A stretch of DNA of 64,000 nt from NCBI GenBank assembly GCA_963820915.1, contig CAWGBV010000008.1, positions 126,266-190,265 on the forward strand, read 5' to 3'. The position numbers and the translations under genes are program-made. Source of the stretch: an uncultured Gammaproteobacteria bacterium. GTDB taxonomy: Bacteria > Pseudomonadota > Gammaproteobacteria > Chromatiales > Chromatiaceae. Positions 11,135-22,669 of the stretch are shown in pieces. How positions within the stretch are numbered: position 1 is the first letter of the stretch; each line of letters opens with the position of its first letter. The notes beneath the pieces are model-generated. The model did not search any database, had not been told where the DNA came from, and saw only the letters and a program-made list of their open reading frames with translations.

Positions 11135-11405
11135 GTTTTTGCTCGTCGACGTATGCCCATTTCGGAAACTGCAAACCCAAGGGCACTGGTGTTTGTATCG
11201 CGCGTACGCGCCGTCACGATGCCGAAACAAGGCGCTAATCTTATCAGGAGGGGGAAAGTCTGAATAGCCGTTTGACGGGACCGGTGGCGGCATTCTGCCG
11301 GGGACGGCAGATTCTACGGAATTCGGGGTTTTCATACCAGGCCGGAGGGCTGCCAGGGCAGGGGGCGACGGAAGATCCGCCCCAAAACGTCGATTACAAT
11401 GAAGC

Positions 11406-12620
11406 TCAAAAATAACGCGCAATCTCGAGCTGGAGGTAATCGTCGTTGCGGAAGGACGATAGGGGGTCCTCCGGTTTAATACTGCCGAACCACTGGGCCT
11501 CGAGATTCACCTTGATGTTGTCACCGATTCGGCGACTCGCTTCCAAGCGCAGGCTGGGGCTGTGGTAGTCCAGGTCCCAGAACAGGCCCGCCAGTACCTC
11601 GGTACTGGCGATGTCGTTGGGCGTATAACGCAGTCCGGCAAAAAGGTCGTTCTGGAACACCCGGTCTGCATCCGTTCCCCGCGAATCCCAGTGGTATTCC
11701 ATCAGGGCGCCGAGGTCGGCGGCAGAATCGTTGATACCGACAAAGGTGTATTCGAATCCGCCCACCGCGGCGCCATAGTCGTCCCACTGCGGGTCCTTGT
11801 GGTTGCGATAGAGAGTCTCGAGTTTCCATAACCAGGCCTCTCCGGTGTACTGTCCGTCGAGTCCGACTTGTCGAATTTGCGGATAGTAGGGTTGCAGGAC
11901 CGATTTCCCGTTTGAGGTACCCGGCAGCAACATCGGATCCCGGCTGGTTCCCTCAAAATAGTACAGGCCGTAATCCACGTTGCCGAGGTATTGGCTCCAG
12001 CGCAGCGTCCAGTCGATGTGCCGTTCCTTGCTGCCGGCCTCGTACAGTGGCTGGTCTGTGTCCACCACCAGTGGAGTGCGAAAACGCCCGGCCTCTCCCG
12101 GAAAGGTCCGTTCCCGAAAGTAGGGCAACAGGAAAAAATCCAGCGATCCGGTATCGACGATGCGGGTGACTCTGACCATGGGTTGACCAAGCAGGACTTC
12201 GCCGAAAAAATCCTCCACATAGTCGATCTGGTTGACGATATTCACCAGATGCTGTGATTCGGTTACCCCCCAGAAGACCCGACCGATTCCGGCGCTGATC
12301 TCCCAATCCCCTTCGACCGCCAGAAACAGCAGCTCGCGAATGTCGGCATGGGTTCGCCGGTTGTCCATACTGTCGAGTCGGGCGAAGGGGATGAAGGTGA
12401 AGCTTCGATCTCCATCATCCCACTGGTGCCGGAATTCGGGCTGGGCGCTAATGGAAACGCCGCCATTTTTCTGGCCGGGAAATGCCCCAGTGTTGGGAAA
12501 CCAAATGCCTTCGATGGCGACATTGCCCGACCACTCGGCAGCGAACGGGCAGGTGGTGACGAAAATGGCCACTAACGCCACGAAACCGCGATGAAAAAAT
12601 CTGCCGACGCTCAAAGCCAT
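11406..12620 (-). CDS. Hypothetical outer-membrane beta-barrel-like protein with signal peptide
   Basis: 404 aa with an N-terminal signal-like segment (FVALVAIFVTTCPFAAE), alternating aromatic/polar strand-like segments and a C-terminal ...LQLEIARYF typical of OM barrels. Last gene of the MMPL cluster. Confidence 0.55.
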   Translation of the reverse strand: MALSVGRFFHRGFVALVAIFVTTCPFAAEWSGNVAIEGIWFPNTGAFPGQKNGGVSISAQPEFRHQWDDGDRSFTFIPFARLDSMDNRRTHADIRELLFLAVEGDWEISAGIGRVFWGVTESQHLVNIVNQIDYVEDFFGEVLLGQPMVRVTRIVDTGSLDFFLLPYFRERTFPGEAGRFRTPLVVDTDQPLYEAGSKERHIDWTLRWSQYLGNVDYGLYYFEGTSRDPMLLPGTSNGKSVLQPYYPQIRQVGLDGQYTGEAWLWKLETLYRNHKDPQWDDYGAAVGGFEYTFVGINDSAADLGALMEYHWDSRGTDADRVFQNDLFAGLRYTPNDIASTEVLAGLFWDLDYHSPSLRLEASRRIGDNIKVNLEAQWFGSIKPEDPLSSFRNDDYLQLEIARYF

Positions 12621-13066
12621 CGTCGCACCTTCGCACGATAGTCTTGGTAGGCGCTGCCGTATCGGGCAGCGAGAAAGCGTTCTTCGTGAACGATTTGACC
12701 GCGTTGGATAATCCAGATGAAAAGCGGCAGCATCAGGAAGGGCGTGAGACTCCCGAGACGAAAGGCGAATCCGGTGAGCAGTACCAAAAGGCCCAGGTAC
12801 ATCGGGTTACGTGTGAAGCGATAGATTCCGTGGGTAACCAGTGCGCGATTCCGTTCCAACCGCAACGGATGGACGCTGGTGTCTGAACGCCGAAACATTC
12901 CCAGAGCCCACAAGTCGATCACGATTGCCGCTGCGAAGAGAACATAGCCGAGGCGTTGCCACTCGATCTTCATCAAGTCCATCATGGGGATATAACGGTC
13001 CAGCCACCACATGACCGCGGCGATCGCGATCATGATGAGTGGTGGAAAAACTCTGGGTCGAGACAC
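12611..13066 (-). CDS. ICMT/PEMT-family membrane methyltransferase
   Basis: 151 aa and multi-TM. The THGIYRFTRNPMYLGLLVLL...HEERFLAARYGSAYQDYRAKVRRWL pattern is typical of isoprenylcysteine carboxyl / phospholipid methyltransferase family proteins. Confidence 0.7.
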   Translation of the reverse strand: MSRPRVFPPLIMIAIAAVMWWLDRYIPMMDLMKIEWQRLGYVLFAAAIVIDLWALGMFRRSDTSVHPLRLERNRALVTHGIYRFTRNPMYLGLLVLLTGFAFRLGSLTPFLMLPLFIWIIQRGQIVHEERFLAARYGSAYQDYRAKVRRWL

Positions 13067-13080
13067 CGGTTGACCCTCTG

Positions 13081-13863
13081 TCAGCGTATCCGCGCCAATG
13101 CGTTTTTGTTGAAATCGCCATCGTCGAGACCGGTTTTAAACCGGTAATTGGTCCACTTGAGAAGGGTCGTCTTGCCCGTTTGATGGTTCTCCATGAACAT
13201 CTCTGCAGCCCGCCAGTGGCGCCCGATGTATTCTTCGTAGCCACTCCAGTCGAGCGTCTTCAGATGCGCGCCCTTGCGGTCGTAGAAATCCGCCTTTACC
13301 AGCCGGTATTGGTCCTGGTCGAGCCAGACGGTTTGTCGTGAGTAGCCTGAATGCTCGTACTCCGGTGTCCGTTCGATGACCCAGCAATTCCAGCCGTCAC
13401 CACAGGGCTCATCCCTCAGATGCTTGTAGCTGTACTTTTCGATCTCCTGGGAGCCCAGGTCCTCATAGGCAAATTCACTACCCATGAAGGGGCCGGACTT
13501 GTTGCGTGAGGAGATGCGCTTGACCCTTTTCAATGCGGGAAGGTAGAGCCACTGGTCGTCCGGCTTCAGGCCGTGGGAAAAGGTCAGCATCGCGGTGCCT
13601 TTGACATCGGCGGGCTGATCGAACAGCGAAAGGCTCTTGTCGCCGTCCGCGTCCATCTCGAGCACACTGATGCGTATTTGTCGTGCACTTTCATCACCGG
13701 CGCGATTGCGCAGGATCATTTCCATGTCAGCGACATAGTCGCCGAATCCCGCATCGCGGGCATCGGCTTCCGTGGCGAGTCGCAGGCCTTTCTCTTCAGC
13801 CGTTTCAGCAAGGACCCCGGTGCTGATTACGCACGCAAGAAAAACCAGTGGCCATTGTTTCAT
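13081..13863 (-). CDS. LolA-like outer-membrane lipoprotein-sorting family protein (periplasmic partner of MMPL/RND exporters)
   Basis: Start moved to the ATG at 13863 (MKQWPLVFLACVISTGVLAETAEEKG), which has a GGGAGAG Shine-Dalgarno 5 nt upstream. The body (...WLYLPALKRVKRISSRNKSGPFMGSEFAYEDL...) matches the family usually annotated as outer membrane lipoprotein-sorting protein. Confidence 0.7.
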   Translation of the reverse strand: MKQWPLVFLACVISTGVLAETAEEKGLRLATEADARDAGFGDYVADMEMILRNRAGDESARQIRISVLEMDADGDKSLSLFDQPADVKGTAMLTFSHGLKPDDQWLYLPALKRVKRISSRNKSGPFMGSEFAYEDLGSQEIEKYSYKHLRDEPCGDGWNCWVIERTPEYEHSGYSRQTVWLDQDQYRLVKADFYDRKGAHLKTLDWSGYEEYIGRHWRAAEMFMENHQTGKTTLLKWTNYRFKTGLDDGDFNKNALARIR

Positions 13864-13909
13864 CTTTGCTCTCCCTGACTTCATTTCGTTCGGATAGATG
13901 TGGCGGCGG

Positions 13910-16240
13910 TTAGGTTGTTTCAACCGCTCTGCCGGATGACGATGCGGTTTCGCCATCATGCAACCAGCCATTGAGCCAAATCAGCAATGGTGGCAGAAAC
14001 AGGAAATCCACAATCAGCGCAAAGGCGATCACGATAGACACCAGCAAACCCATTCCGGCATTCAGTTCGAAGGCCGACGTCGACAGGACCAGAAAACCCG
14101 CGATCAATGCCAGAGAGGTTACCCACAAGGCTTCCCCCACGGTGTGAAAGGCATAGCGAACAGCGGCTTCTGCATCGAGCCCCTTCTCGCGCCGCGCCCG
14201 GAGGTATTTGCTGAGAAAATGAATGGTGTCGTCAACCACGATGCCGAGCGTCATGGCGGTGACCACCGACAGGCTCAGCCCCACCTCGCCGTTGACGATT
14301 CCCCACAGCCCGAAGGCCATTCCCGCCGGAGCGAGATTCGGTATCAGGCTGAGCACGCCATAGCGCACGGATCGCAAAGCAAATACCAGTATCAATGAGA
14401 TCAAAATCAGCGCCAATACGGTTCCCACCAGCATGCTGCGAATGTTGCGCTCGCCGATGTGAGCGAACATGATGGTGGGGCTGGCGCCGTAGGTCAGCAG
14501 ATCGGGTGTGTTCTGTTCCATCCAGTCGTAGATGCGCTGCTCTATTTCGAGCACATCATTGGTGGACAGGGTTTCCATGGTGACGGATACCCGGGTGGTC
14601 TGCTTGCGGATATCGAGTTGGTTGTTCAGGTCGAGACCGTAAGGCAACGACATTTCATAGAGCAACAGGTACTGGGCGGCGAGATTGCGTTCGCCGGGCA
14701 GCTTGTACCAGGCATCGTCGTCGCCGTGCATGTTGCGGTTGAGGCGCTTCATGATGTCGGTGATGGTGCTGACATGCAGAATTTCGGGCTGCTCTTCCAG
14801 CCATTCGGAAAAAAGGGCGACCTGTCGCTGGAAATCCGGTGAGGAGGTGCCACCCGGTTCCTTCGAGTCCAGGGAGAAATCGACAAAGTACATGCCGGTG
14901 AGGTTGTCGACGACGAAGTCGGTATGGGTCCGAAAATCGATGCGTTCGTCGAAGTATTCCACGAAGACGTCGTTGGTCTCGTTGCGTGGAATGCAGGCTA
15001 TGAGTGCGACGATCGCAATGCCCATCACCCAGAACAGAAGGCGTTTCTGATGGATGACGAAGGAGGCGATGCGATCCATAAGAACGGGTTTGTGCTCACC
15101 GCTCGCGCGCACGCGTGTGGGCAGCAGCGTAACGAAGGCGGGCAGAAAACCCATGGAAAGCATCCAGGCCATCATGACACCGATAGCGGAAACATTGCCC
15201 AGGTCGCGAAATGGCGGCGCATCGCTGAAATTGAGGCTGAGGAAGCCGATGGCGGTGGTGATGGAGGTCAGGAATACCGGCGAGGCGTTGATGCGAAGGC
15301 TTTCCACCATCGCCGCCTTTCTGTCGAGGCCTTGCCGCATTCCCTGCATCCAATTGGTGAGGATATGAACGCAGTCGGCCACGCTGAGCGTCAGTACGAT
15401 CACCGGCGCCGACATGACTGGCGGCGACAGCCCGATCCCGAGCCAGCCGGCGATCCCCATGGCGGAGATGATGGACAGCACGATCACGAAAAAGGTGCCC
15501 AGGGTGCCGGAGAATCCGCGTAGCTGCAGCAGAACCATGATCAGTATCGCGACAAAGGCGAGCGGCATCAGGGTTTGCATGTCGAGCTTCGAGGCCTCGG
15601 GAAAGGCGTTGTTCATCATCACTATGCCCGAGAGATATATGTCCATGTCGGGATAGGTGGCGCGGGCGTAGTCCGCCAGTGCGCGCACTGACGTCACCAC
15701 TTCCGGGCCTTCCGTTGCCAGGTTCTCGCCCGGTAGTTCGATAGTGATATTGACGGCGGTAACGTGAGCGGACGGTGAAACGATTCGTCGTACGAGCAGG
15801 GGTTCGTTGAGCGCAGTCTCCCGTATATAAGCGAGTTCCCCGTCAGAGAGGCTTTCAGGCGCCTCTACAAGATCAATGACGGTCAGATCATCGCCGTCCG
15901 CATAGGTGTGTTGAAAATTACTGATGGAGTCGATGCGAATGGAGTAGGGGGTTTGCCAGGCCCGCTCGGTGATATCCACCACCGCAGCGAGATTTTTGCG
16001 CGTAAATACATCGCCGTTGCTGGGCGCCAATACGAACAGGACGTTGTCGTTTTTTGTATAGGTGTCCTGCAGCGCCTCAAAGGCGTTGAGCTGGGGGTTT
16101 TCCTTGCTGAAAAATATTCGATAGTCGTTCTCGAAGACAAGAAAACGGCCTCCACTGGCAATCACCAGGACCAGCACAACCGTGGCCAGTAACACCAGCC
16201 AGCGCCACCGCATCAGCCAATGCGCATATGGTTCGATCAA
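13910..16240 (-). CDS. RND-superfamily MMPL-type exporter (two 6-TM bundles, sterol-sensing-like)
   Basis: About 777-797 aa with two hydrophobic blocks separated by a large soluble domain and N-terminal ..YAHWLMRWRWLVLLATVVL. The likely start is the TTG at 16240, which overlaps the TGA of the upstream tetR (TTGA) with GGAGG upstream. The ORF is also open to an ATG at 16303. Confidence 0.8.
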   Translation of the reverse strand: MIEPYAHWLMRWRWLVLLATVVLVLVIASGGRFLVFENDYRIFFSKENPQLNAFEALQDTYTKNDNVLFVLAPSNGDVFTRKNLAAVVDITERAWQTPYSIRIDSISNFQHTYADGDDLTVIDLVEAPESLSDGELAYIRETALNEPLLVRRIVSPSAHVTAVNITIELPGENLATEGPEVVTSVRALADYARATYPDMDIYLSGIVMMNNAFPEASKLDMQTLMPLAFVAILIMVLLQLRGFSGTLGTFFVIVLSIISAMGIAGWLGIGLSPPVMSAPVIVLTLSVADCVHILTNWMQGMRQGLDRKAAMVESLRINASPVFLTSITTAIGFLSLNFSDAPPFRDLGNVSAIGVMMAWMLSMGFLPAFVTLLPTRVRASGEHKPVLMDRIASFVIHQKRLLFWVMGIAIVALIACIPRNETNDVFVEYFDERIDFRTHTDFVVDNLTGMYFVDFSLDSKEPGGTSSPDFQRQVALFSEWLEEQPEILHVSTITDIMKRLNRNMHGDDDAWYKLPGERNLAAQYLLLYEMSLPYGLDLNNQLDIRKQTTRVSVTMETLSTNDVLEIEQRIYDWMEQNTPDLLTYGASPTIMFAHIGERNIRSMLVGTVLALILISLILVFALRSVRYGVLSLIPNLAPAGMAFGLWGIVNGEVGLSLSVVTAMTLGIVVDDTIHFLSKYLRARREKGLDAEAAVRYAFHTVGEALWVTSLALIAGFLVLSTSAFELNAGMGLLVSIVIAFALIVDFLFLPPLLIWLNGWLHDGETASSSGRAVETT

Positions 16241-16929
16241 TTCCCGCTCCCTCCCTGGCCGGGCTTGAGTCCGTCCAGATAGTCCAGCAGCCCGGCGCCG
16301 CATTCCTTAAGGACATCGACACTCTGCGAAGTTTTTGCAAGGCCGATGCATCCCTCGATAGTGGCAAGAATAACGCTTGCCGCCTGCAGAGGGTTTGTGT
16401 CCGCGCGCACCTGGCCGGCAGTTTGTCCCGATGCCAGCGCCGAGGCGATGCCGCCGCGCCAGTCGTCGAAGAGTTTCTGAATGCGTTTCTGGAAACCGGT
16501 GTCGACGGGGGCCATCTCCTGGGCCAGGTTGTTGAGGGGGCAGCCCAGGGTAATGTCTTCGTCGCCCATTCGTTCCGCGTTGGCGATGAGCAACGCCTTC
16601 ATCTGCTCGACCGGGTCTTTCGCGCACCTGAGTGGTTTCAGCCAGTTTTGCTCGAGATAGGGCGCCAGCAACTCATCGACCACGGCGTATCCGAGTGCCA
16701 GTTTGCTGGGAAAATGATGATAAAGGGCCCCTTTGGTCAGGCCGGTCCGGCGCAAAATCCGATGCAGGCTGGCGGCCTGAAAGCCAACACGGTGAATTTC
16801 CTCGAAGGCAGCCTCCAGCAGCTGGTGGCGGGTTTCGGCGGCGGGCGATCCGCAGCGATCACATTCCCAGAAATGCCACCAGCGGGGTTGTGGCCGTCTT
16901 GCGACGGGTTTGGCGTGCCTTGTACTCAC
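16237..16929 (-). CDS. TetR/AcrR-family transcriptional regulator
   Basis: HTH region ETRHQLLEAAFEEIHRVGFQAASLHRILRRTGLTKGALYHHFPSKLAL. The listed ORF is open to 17079 but TetR proteins are ~200 aa, so a GTG at 16929 is proposed. The start is uncertain. Confidence 0.75.
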   Translation of the reverse strand: MSTRHAKPVARRPQPRWWHFWECDRCGSPAAETRHQLLEAAFEEIHRVGFQAASLHRILRRTGLTKGALYHHFPSKLALGYAVVDELLAPYLEQNWLKPLRCAKDPVEQMKALLIANAERMGDEDITLGCPLNNLAQEMAPVDTGFQKRIQKLFDDWRGGIASALASGQTAGQVRADTNPLQAASVILATIEGCIGLAKTSQSVDVLKECGAGLLDYLDGLKPGQGGSGN

Positions 16930-16971
16930 GAAGCAGGGGCTCCGGCCGGTTTGTGTCTTATCAAAGTAAGT

Positions 16972-16989
16972 ACATACCGGTTGGTATGT
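16972..16989. promoter_or_regulatory. Candidate TetR operator: inverted repeat ACATACC-GGTT-GGTATGT
   Basis: Perfect 7-bp arms with a 4-bp spacer, about 43 nt upstream of the proposed tetR start and inside the tetR/rpoD intergenic region. Confidence 0.35.
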
Positions 16990-17228
16990 CAAGGTGTGAT
17001 GGTGCCATCGGGCGTCGGTTTCTTGTGAGCCATCCTGAATCGTTGCAGGAAACCCGGGTTCGAGGATCGGCCATTCCAAATGTGATCGTTCGCCACAAGT
17101 TCGACACTGTTCGTGGCGATATGGCCGTAGCTACCGATAAAAAGCCTGATTCTCGGGTGCTGAGGGTGGCCAGCAGAGAAGGCGGATGGCCGGGCAGGCA
17201 ACTGCTTGCCCGGCTGGTTGGATTTGAA

Positions 17229-19055
<1,827 letters not shown>

Positions 19056-19155
19056 AGAGGAACGCCAGCCTGAAAACGTTGATTTAAGAGCGTAAAATTA
19101 ATCGCCCATTATAGCTTATTTTCATGAATACTTCCAGCTTGACCCCTGGGGCGGT

Positions 19156-20894
19156 TTAGGGGCTACGGTGCGCGAGCAGGTCTCTAAGTCGCTGTTTTTC
19201 CTCGGTCGTAAGCGTCCTGTGGCGACTTTTTTCCAGCAATTGGTCCGATTCCTGGTTCAACGCGCCTTCCATGACCCGAATGACGGCGCCTTTCAGCTGG
19301 GACGCCACATCCTCCTCCAGCACATCCAGTTCCAACTGGGCAATTTTATCCAGATGCCCCGCATCGTCCGTATTCCGCCAATGCTCGAGGATAGTGGCTA
19401 AGGTGGGGGCGGTTTGGCTGCGAATAAAGGCCACGAGCGCACGAAACAACGGGACGCCCGGCAAGGATAGGGCTTCCCAGCCGGCTGGCAGGTCGGCTTG
19501 CCTTGCGATTTCCGGGTGATGGAGCAACAGGGCGATGGCGCGGCGGAGCGGCGGTATGGTGTTCAGCCCGGTCCTGGCGCGGCGGGATTTGGTTCGTTGC
19601 TGAGGCGTTTTTGATGGCTTGCCAAGATTTTCGAGCCCCCATTCACCCACTCCGACCATTTCAGCCAGGTGCTTTTTCATCATTTCCCGAAAAAGGCCCT
19701 GGGGTAACTTGCCCAGATAGGGTTTTGCCAGTTCAGCGAGGCGGGCGCGACCATCGATGCTTTCCATATCGACCTGTTCGGACAGGACGTTGAACAGAAA
19801 GCGGGAGAGCGGCAGGGCGCCTTTCACCCGGCCGTTGAAACCGTTCTGTCCTTCCCTGCGTACCAGGGTGTCCGGATCATCGCCCTCGGGAAGAAACAGA
19901 AATCGGGCCTCCCGGCCCTCCCGCAACACCGGCAGGCTGGTTTCGAGCGCCTTCCAGGCCGCTGCGCGGCCAGCGCGATCGCCATCGAAGCAGAACACCA
20001 CCTCGGGGGTAGTGCGAAACAGGCTTTCGAGGTGATCGGGCGTGGTTGCCGTGCCCAGGGTTGCCACCGTATTGCGGATGCCGAATTGGGCCAGGGCCAC
20101 CACATCCATATAGCCTTCGACCACCACGAGGCGAGGAATCTCCTTCAAGGCCTGTCGGGCCTCGTAGAGTCCATAAAGCTCCCGGCCTTTGTGGAACACC
20201 GGCGTTTCCGGGGAATTCAGATATTTGGGCTTGCCATCACCGATCAGGCGGCCACCGAAGGCAATCACCCGGCCACGCCGGTCGCGAATGGGGAACATGA
20301 TCCGGTCTCGGAAACGGTCATAACACTTGCCGTCTCCCTCGGTGATCATGCCCGTGCCCCGAAGCCGGGTGATCTCCTGGTCGTTATCGCCAAGGTGCTT
20401 CAGCAGGTTGTCCCAGCCGGGTGGGGCGAATCCGATTCCGAACTCGGCGGCGATCTCGCCGCTGAGACCGCGTTTTTCAGGTAGGTGATGGCGCGACCGG
20501 CATCGGGATGCTGGCGAAGCTGTTGCCGGTAGAAGGCCGCGCTCTTTCCGAGCATTTCATACAGAGGCCGATGGTCGGGCCCCTGGGGGCCATCCTCATG
20601 GGGTACTTCCAGGCCCGCCTGTCGCGCCAGTTCTTCGATGGCGTCGGGAAAGCTCAACCGGTCGTACTCCATCAGAAAGCCGACGGCGGTGCCATGGGCC
20701 CCACAACCGAAACAGTGATAGAACTGCTTCTGCGGGCTGACCGTGAATGACGGGGTTTTCTCGTTGTGGAAGGGACAGCAGGCCTGGAGTTCCTTCCCCG
20801 CCTTTTTCAGCGGTACGCGCTTATCGATAACATCGACGATGTCGATGCGCGTCAGAAGTTGATCGATGAATTCGGGGGGAATCCTACCAGCCAT
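19156..20894 (-). CDS. dnaG: DNA primase DnaG, split into two ORFs by a 1-nt frameshift in a 5-nt homopolymer
   Basis: ORF 20400..20894 holds the zinc finger (CCPFHNEKTPSFTVSPQKQFYHCFGCGAHG). ORF 19156..20349 holds the TOPRIM/RNAP core (DRFRDRIMFPIRDRRGRVIAFGGR...KYLNSPETPVFHKGRELYGLY). Adding one A to CTGAAAAACGC (plus strand T5 at 20473-20477) restores YLKKRGLSGEIAAEFGIGFAPPGWDNLLKHLG..., which matches E. coli DnaG. Confidence 0.92.
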
Positions 20895-21044
20895 TCGGCT
20901 AGCTTATCATCTTTAATATGTGTCCAAGAGAAATCATAGAAATTCATAAGTATCTGATTTATAAGTGGGTAACCCTCTTGTCCGCCGTAAGACATTGAGT
21001 TCCAAAAGTATCCCGGGATTCAACAAACGCGGCGAAGAATAGAC

Positions 21045-21078
21045 GGCCCTTGGGTTGGTTGCACCCAACCCAAGGGCC
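21045..21078. repeat. Perfect 14-bp inverted repeat with 6-nt loop (GGCCCTTGGGTTGG-ttgcac-CCAACCCAAGGGCC)
   Basis: Read directly. It lies in otherwise unassigned DNA about 150 nt upstream of dnaG, and no clear T-run follows on either strand. Confidence 0.8.
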
Positions 21079-21479
21079 TGACCACAACGACCTATCAGGA
21101 GGTCACTACGGGTATCGCATCATTCATCTTGCTTTTCGCCGGGTTGCTTGTTTTCGGGCGGGCATCTGATGGGCGCGGCGAATCGCCGGGAGTGGCGCCG
21201 CCGTCAGCGCGCGATTCTGCGAGAGCAGATAAGCAGGAACATTCTGGATTCCGACATCGGATAAGTGCGCTCTCTACGTCGTCTCACTGTCCGATTCAGG
21301 GTCATGAGCAGCCGGGACAGAGGCTGTTTTTGAACGACAAAAACATGCTGAAGGTCGCCGTCAGCTCTTTGCCGCGTCGCGTCATTCAATGATTTGAAGT
21401 GCACGTGCCTCCGATCAAGCATCCTCACCACAATTGAACTATGTTTTCATTAGGACAGTAGTAAAAAAAGGAGATTGAA

Positions 21480-21916
21480 ATGAAGAGCCGTAATGTATTT
21501 GCATGGTGGGTCGTTTTGGCGTTTTCGGCGGCGGGATTATTGGGGTTGCAAACGCTAAACAGCCCAAAGAAGTAATCGTAATCGACCCCGTCGTTGTCGA
21601 AATTCCGGTTCGCTTGACGTACTGGTTACCAATTCGGTTGGTTCCCCGGTTCCGGTTGACGTCGGGAACACAGTCGGTGTCGACGTTCTCTCGGTGCCTG
21701 ATGATTCTCTGGAACACGGCGTCAACACAGGCACGAGCACGGATCGGTAGCAATAGCTTACCGGCGATAACCGTTGCGCAGGTTAAGTTTAACCTTCCGG
21801 TTTTGGCTCCAACCGGTCCTTACTGGGTGCATTCCGTGGCGGTCAGTGTATGGGCAATTGAACCTGCCGCAGTTTGTCAGGTAGAAGTCCAAGTTATCGG
21901 TGAAACGGATTTCTGA
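21480..21916 (+). pseudogene. Decayed gene for a small secreted protein
   Basis: A strong RBS (AAGGAGA) and the ATG at 21480 open a signal peptide (MKSRNVFAWWVVLAFSAAG) that stops after 31 codons. Coding-looking sequence continues in the other two frames (IGVANAKQPKEVIVIDPVVVEIP / VLVTNSVGSPVPVDVGNTVGVDVLSVPDDSLEHG / [28 protein letters not shown]). Confidence 0.4.
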
Positions 21917-22020
21917 GAACAATTCTCCTGACTGCATGGGTTCCACGACGTTGCAGCCGGATGGAATTTGCACGACTGATTTCTGCAGTGATGCCCCGCC
22001 GCCACCTCCAGAACCTTGTA

Positions 22021-22600
22021 CTAATCCTTTGACTTGTCCAGGTGGGCAATGAAGTCGAGGGGTTCGAAGATGACGTCGTCGTGCCGTCGCGGTACGGCGT
22101 CTTCAGCTGGTAACGGACGTTGCCGTTCGGTGTGAGCGACAGGCGCTGCTCCGCGATGGCTGGCCGACTGATGTAGCGACACAGCCGCTCGAGCTTCTGG
22201 CGTTGGTCCGCTCGCGCCGCCACGCCGGCGTGCAGCGAAACCCGGCAACCTTGCCGACTCCGTCATCAAACGGCTCGTCACACGCCGGCAGCGTCTGCAG
22301 CGTGAAACCTTGCGGCCCTGCTGCGGCCCAACGGCAATCCAATGAGTCTGCTCATAGTGAATGACCGGCAACACGGCTTTTCTGCCGGTTCCGGCGTTGA
22401 TGCCGATGTCCGGTATGGGCATGAAGTAGCCGGTCAGTCTGCATAACATGAATGACCTGGTTCGCGACATTGCTGCCTGTCGGTTTAGGGACTCGAATGG
22501 CCGAAGGTGGGATTGGAGCAGGCCTTCCGGTAACCGAAAGCAGTAAGTTTCCAGCCTCTTGCCTCTATGAGTCTGTTTGCTCGGCTGTTTCCAATTCATC
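22021..22600 (-). mobile_element. Internal fragment of an IS91/ISCR-family (Y2, rolling-circle) transposase gene, truncated at both ends and frameshifted
   Basis: Across frames it reads ...RIAVGPQQGRKV / [23 protein letters not shown] / (S)[53 protein letters not shown] / [13 protein letters not shown]. The [12 protein letters not shown]...L..PYRDGTTH..F.PL.F block is the conserved IS91-family core as remembered. The catalytic N-terminal half and the C-terminal tail are absent. The right-hand limit is approximate. Confidence 0.7.
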
Positions 22601-22669
22601 CTCTACCTCGATCCCGAGGTATCGGTCGGTGCTTTCCACCTAAGAGACAACGCGGAGGCGTCTGCAGCC

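Noticed and set aside
11135-11405. Integrase or genomic-island junction next to the tRNA
   Set aside because: No integrase-like ORF and no direct repeat of the tRNA 3' end could be found by eye on either side.
20465-20485. Programmed frameshift or transcriptional slippage in dnaG
   Set aside because: The run is only five A/T, far shorter than the tracts known to support productive slippage, and there is no recognisable slippery heptamer plus stimulator. An assembly indel or a recent mutation is more parsimonious. It is kept as a finding only because it needs read-level checking.
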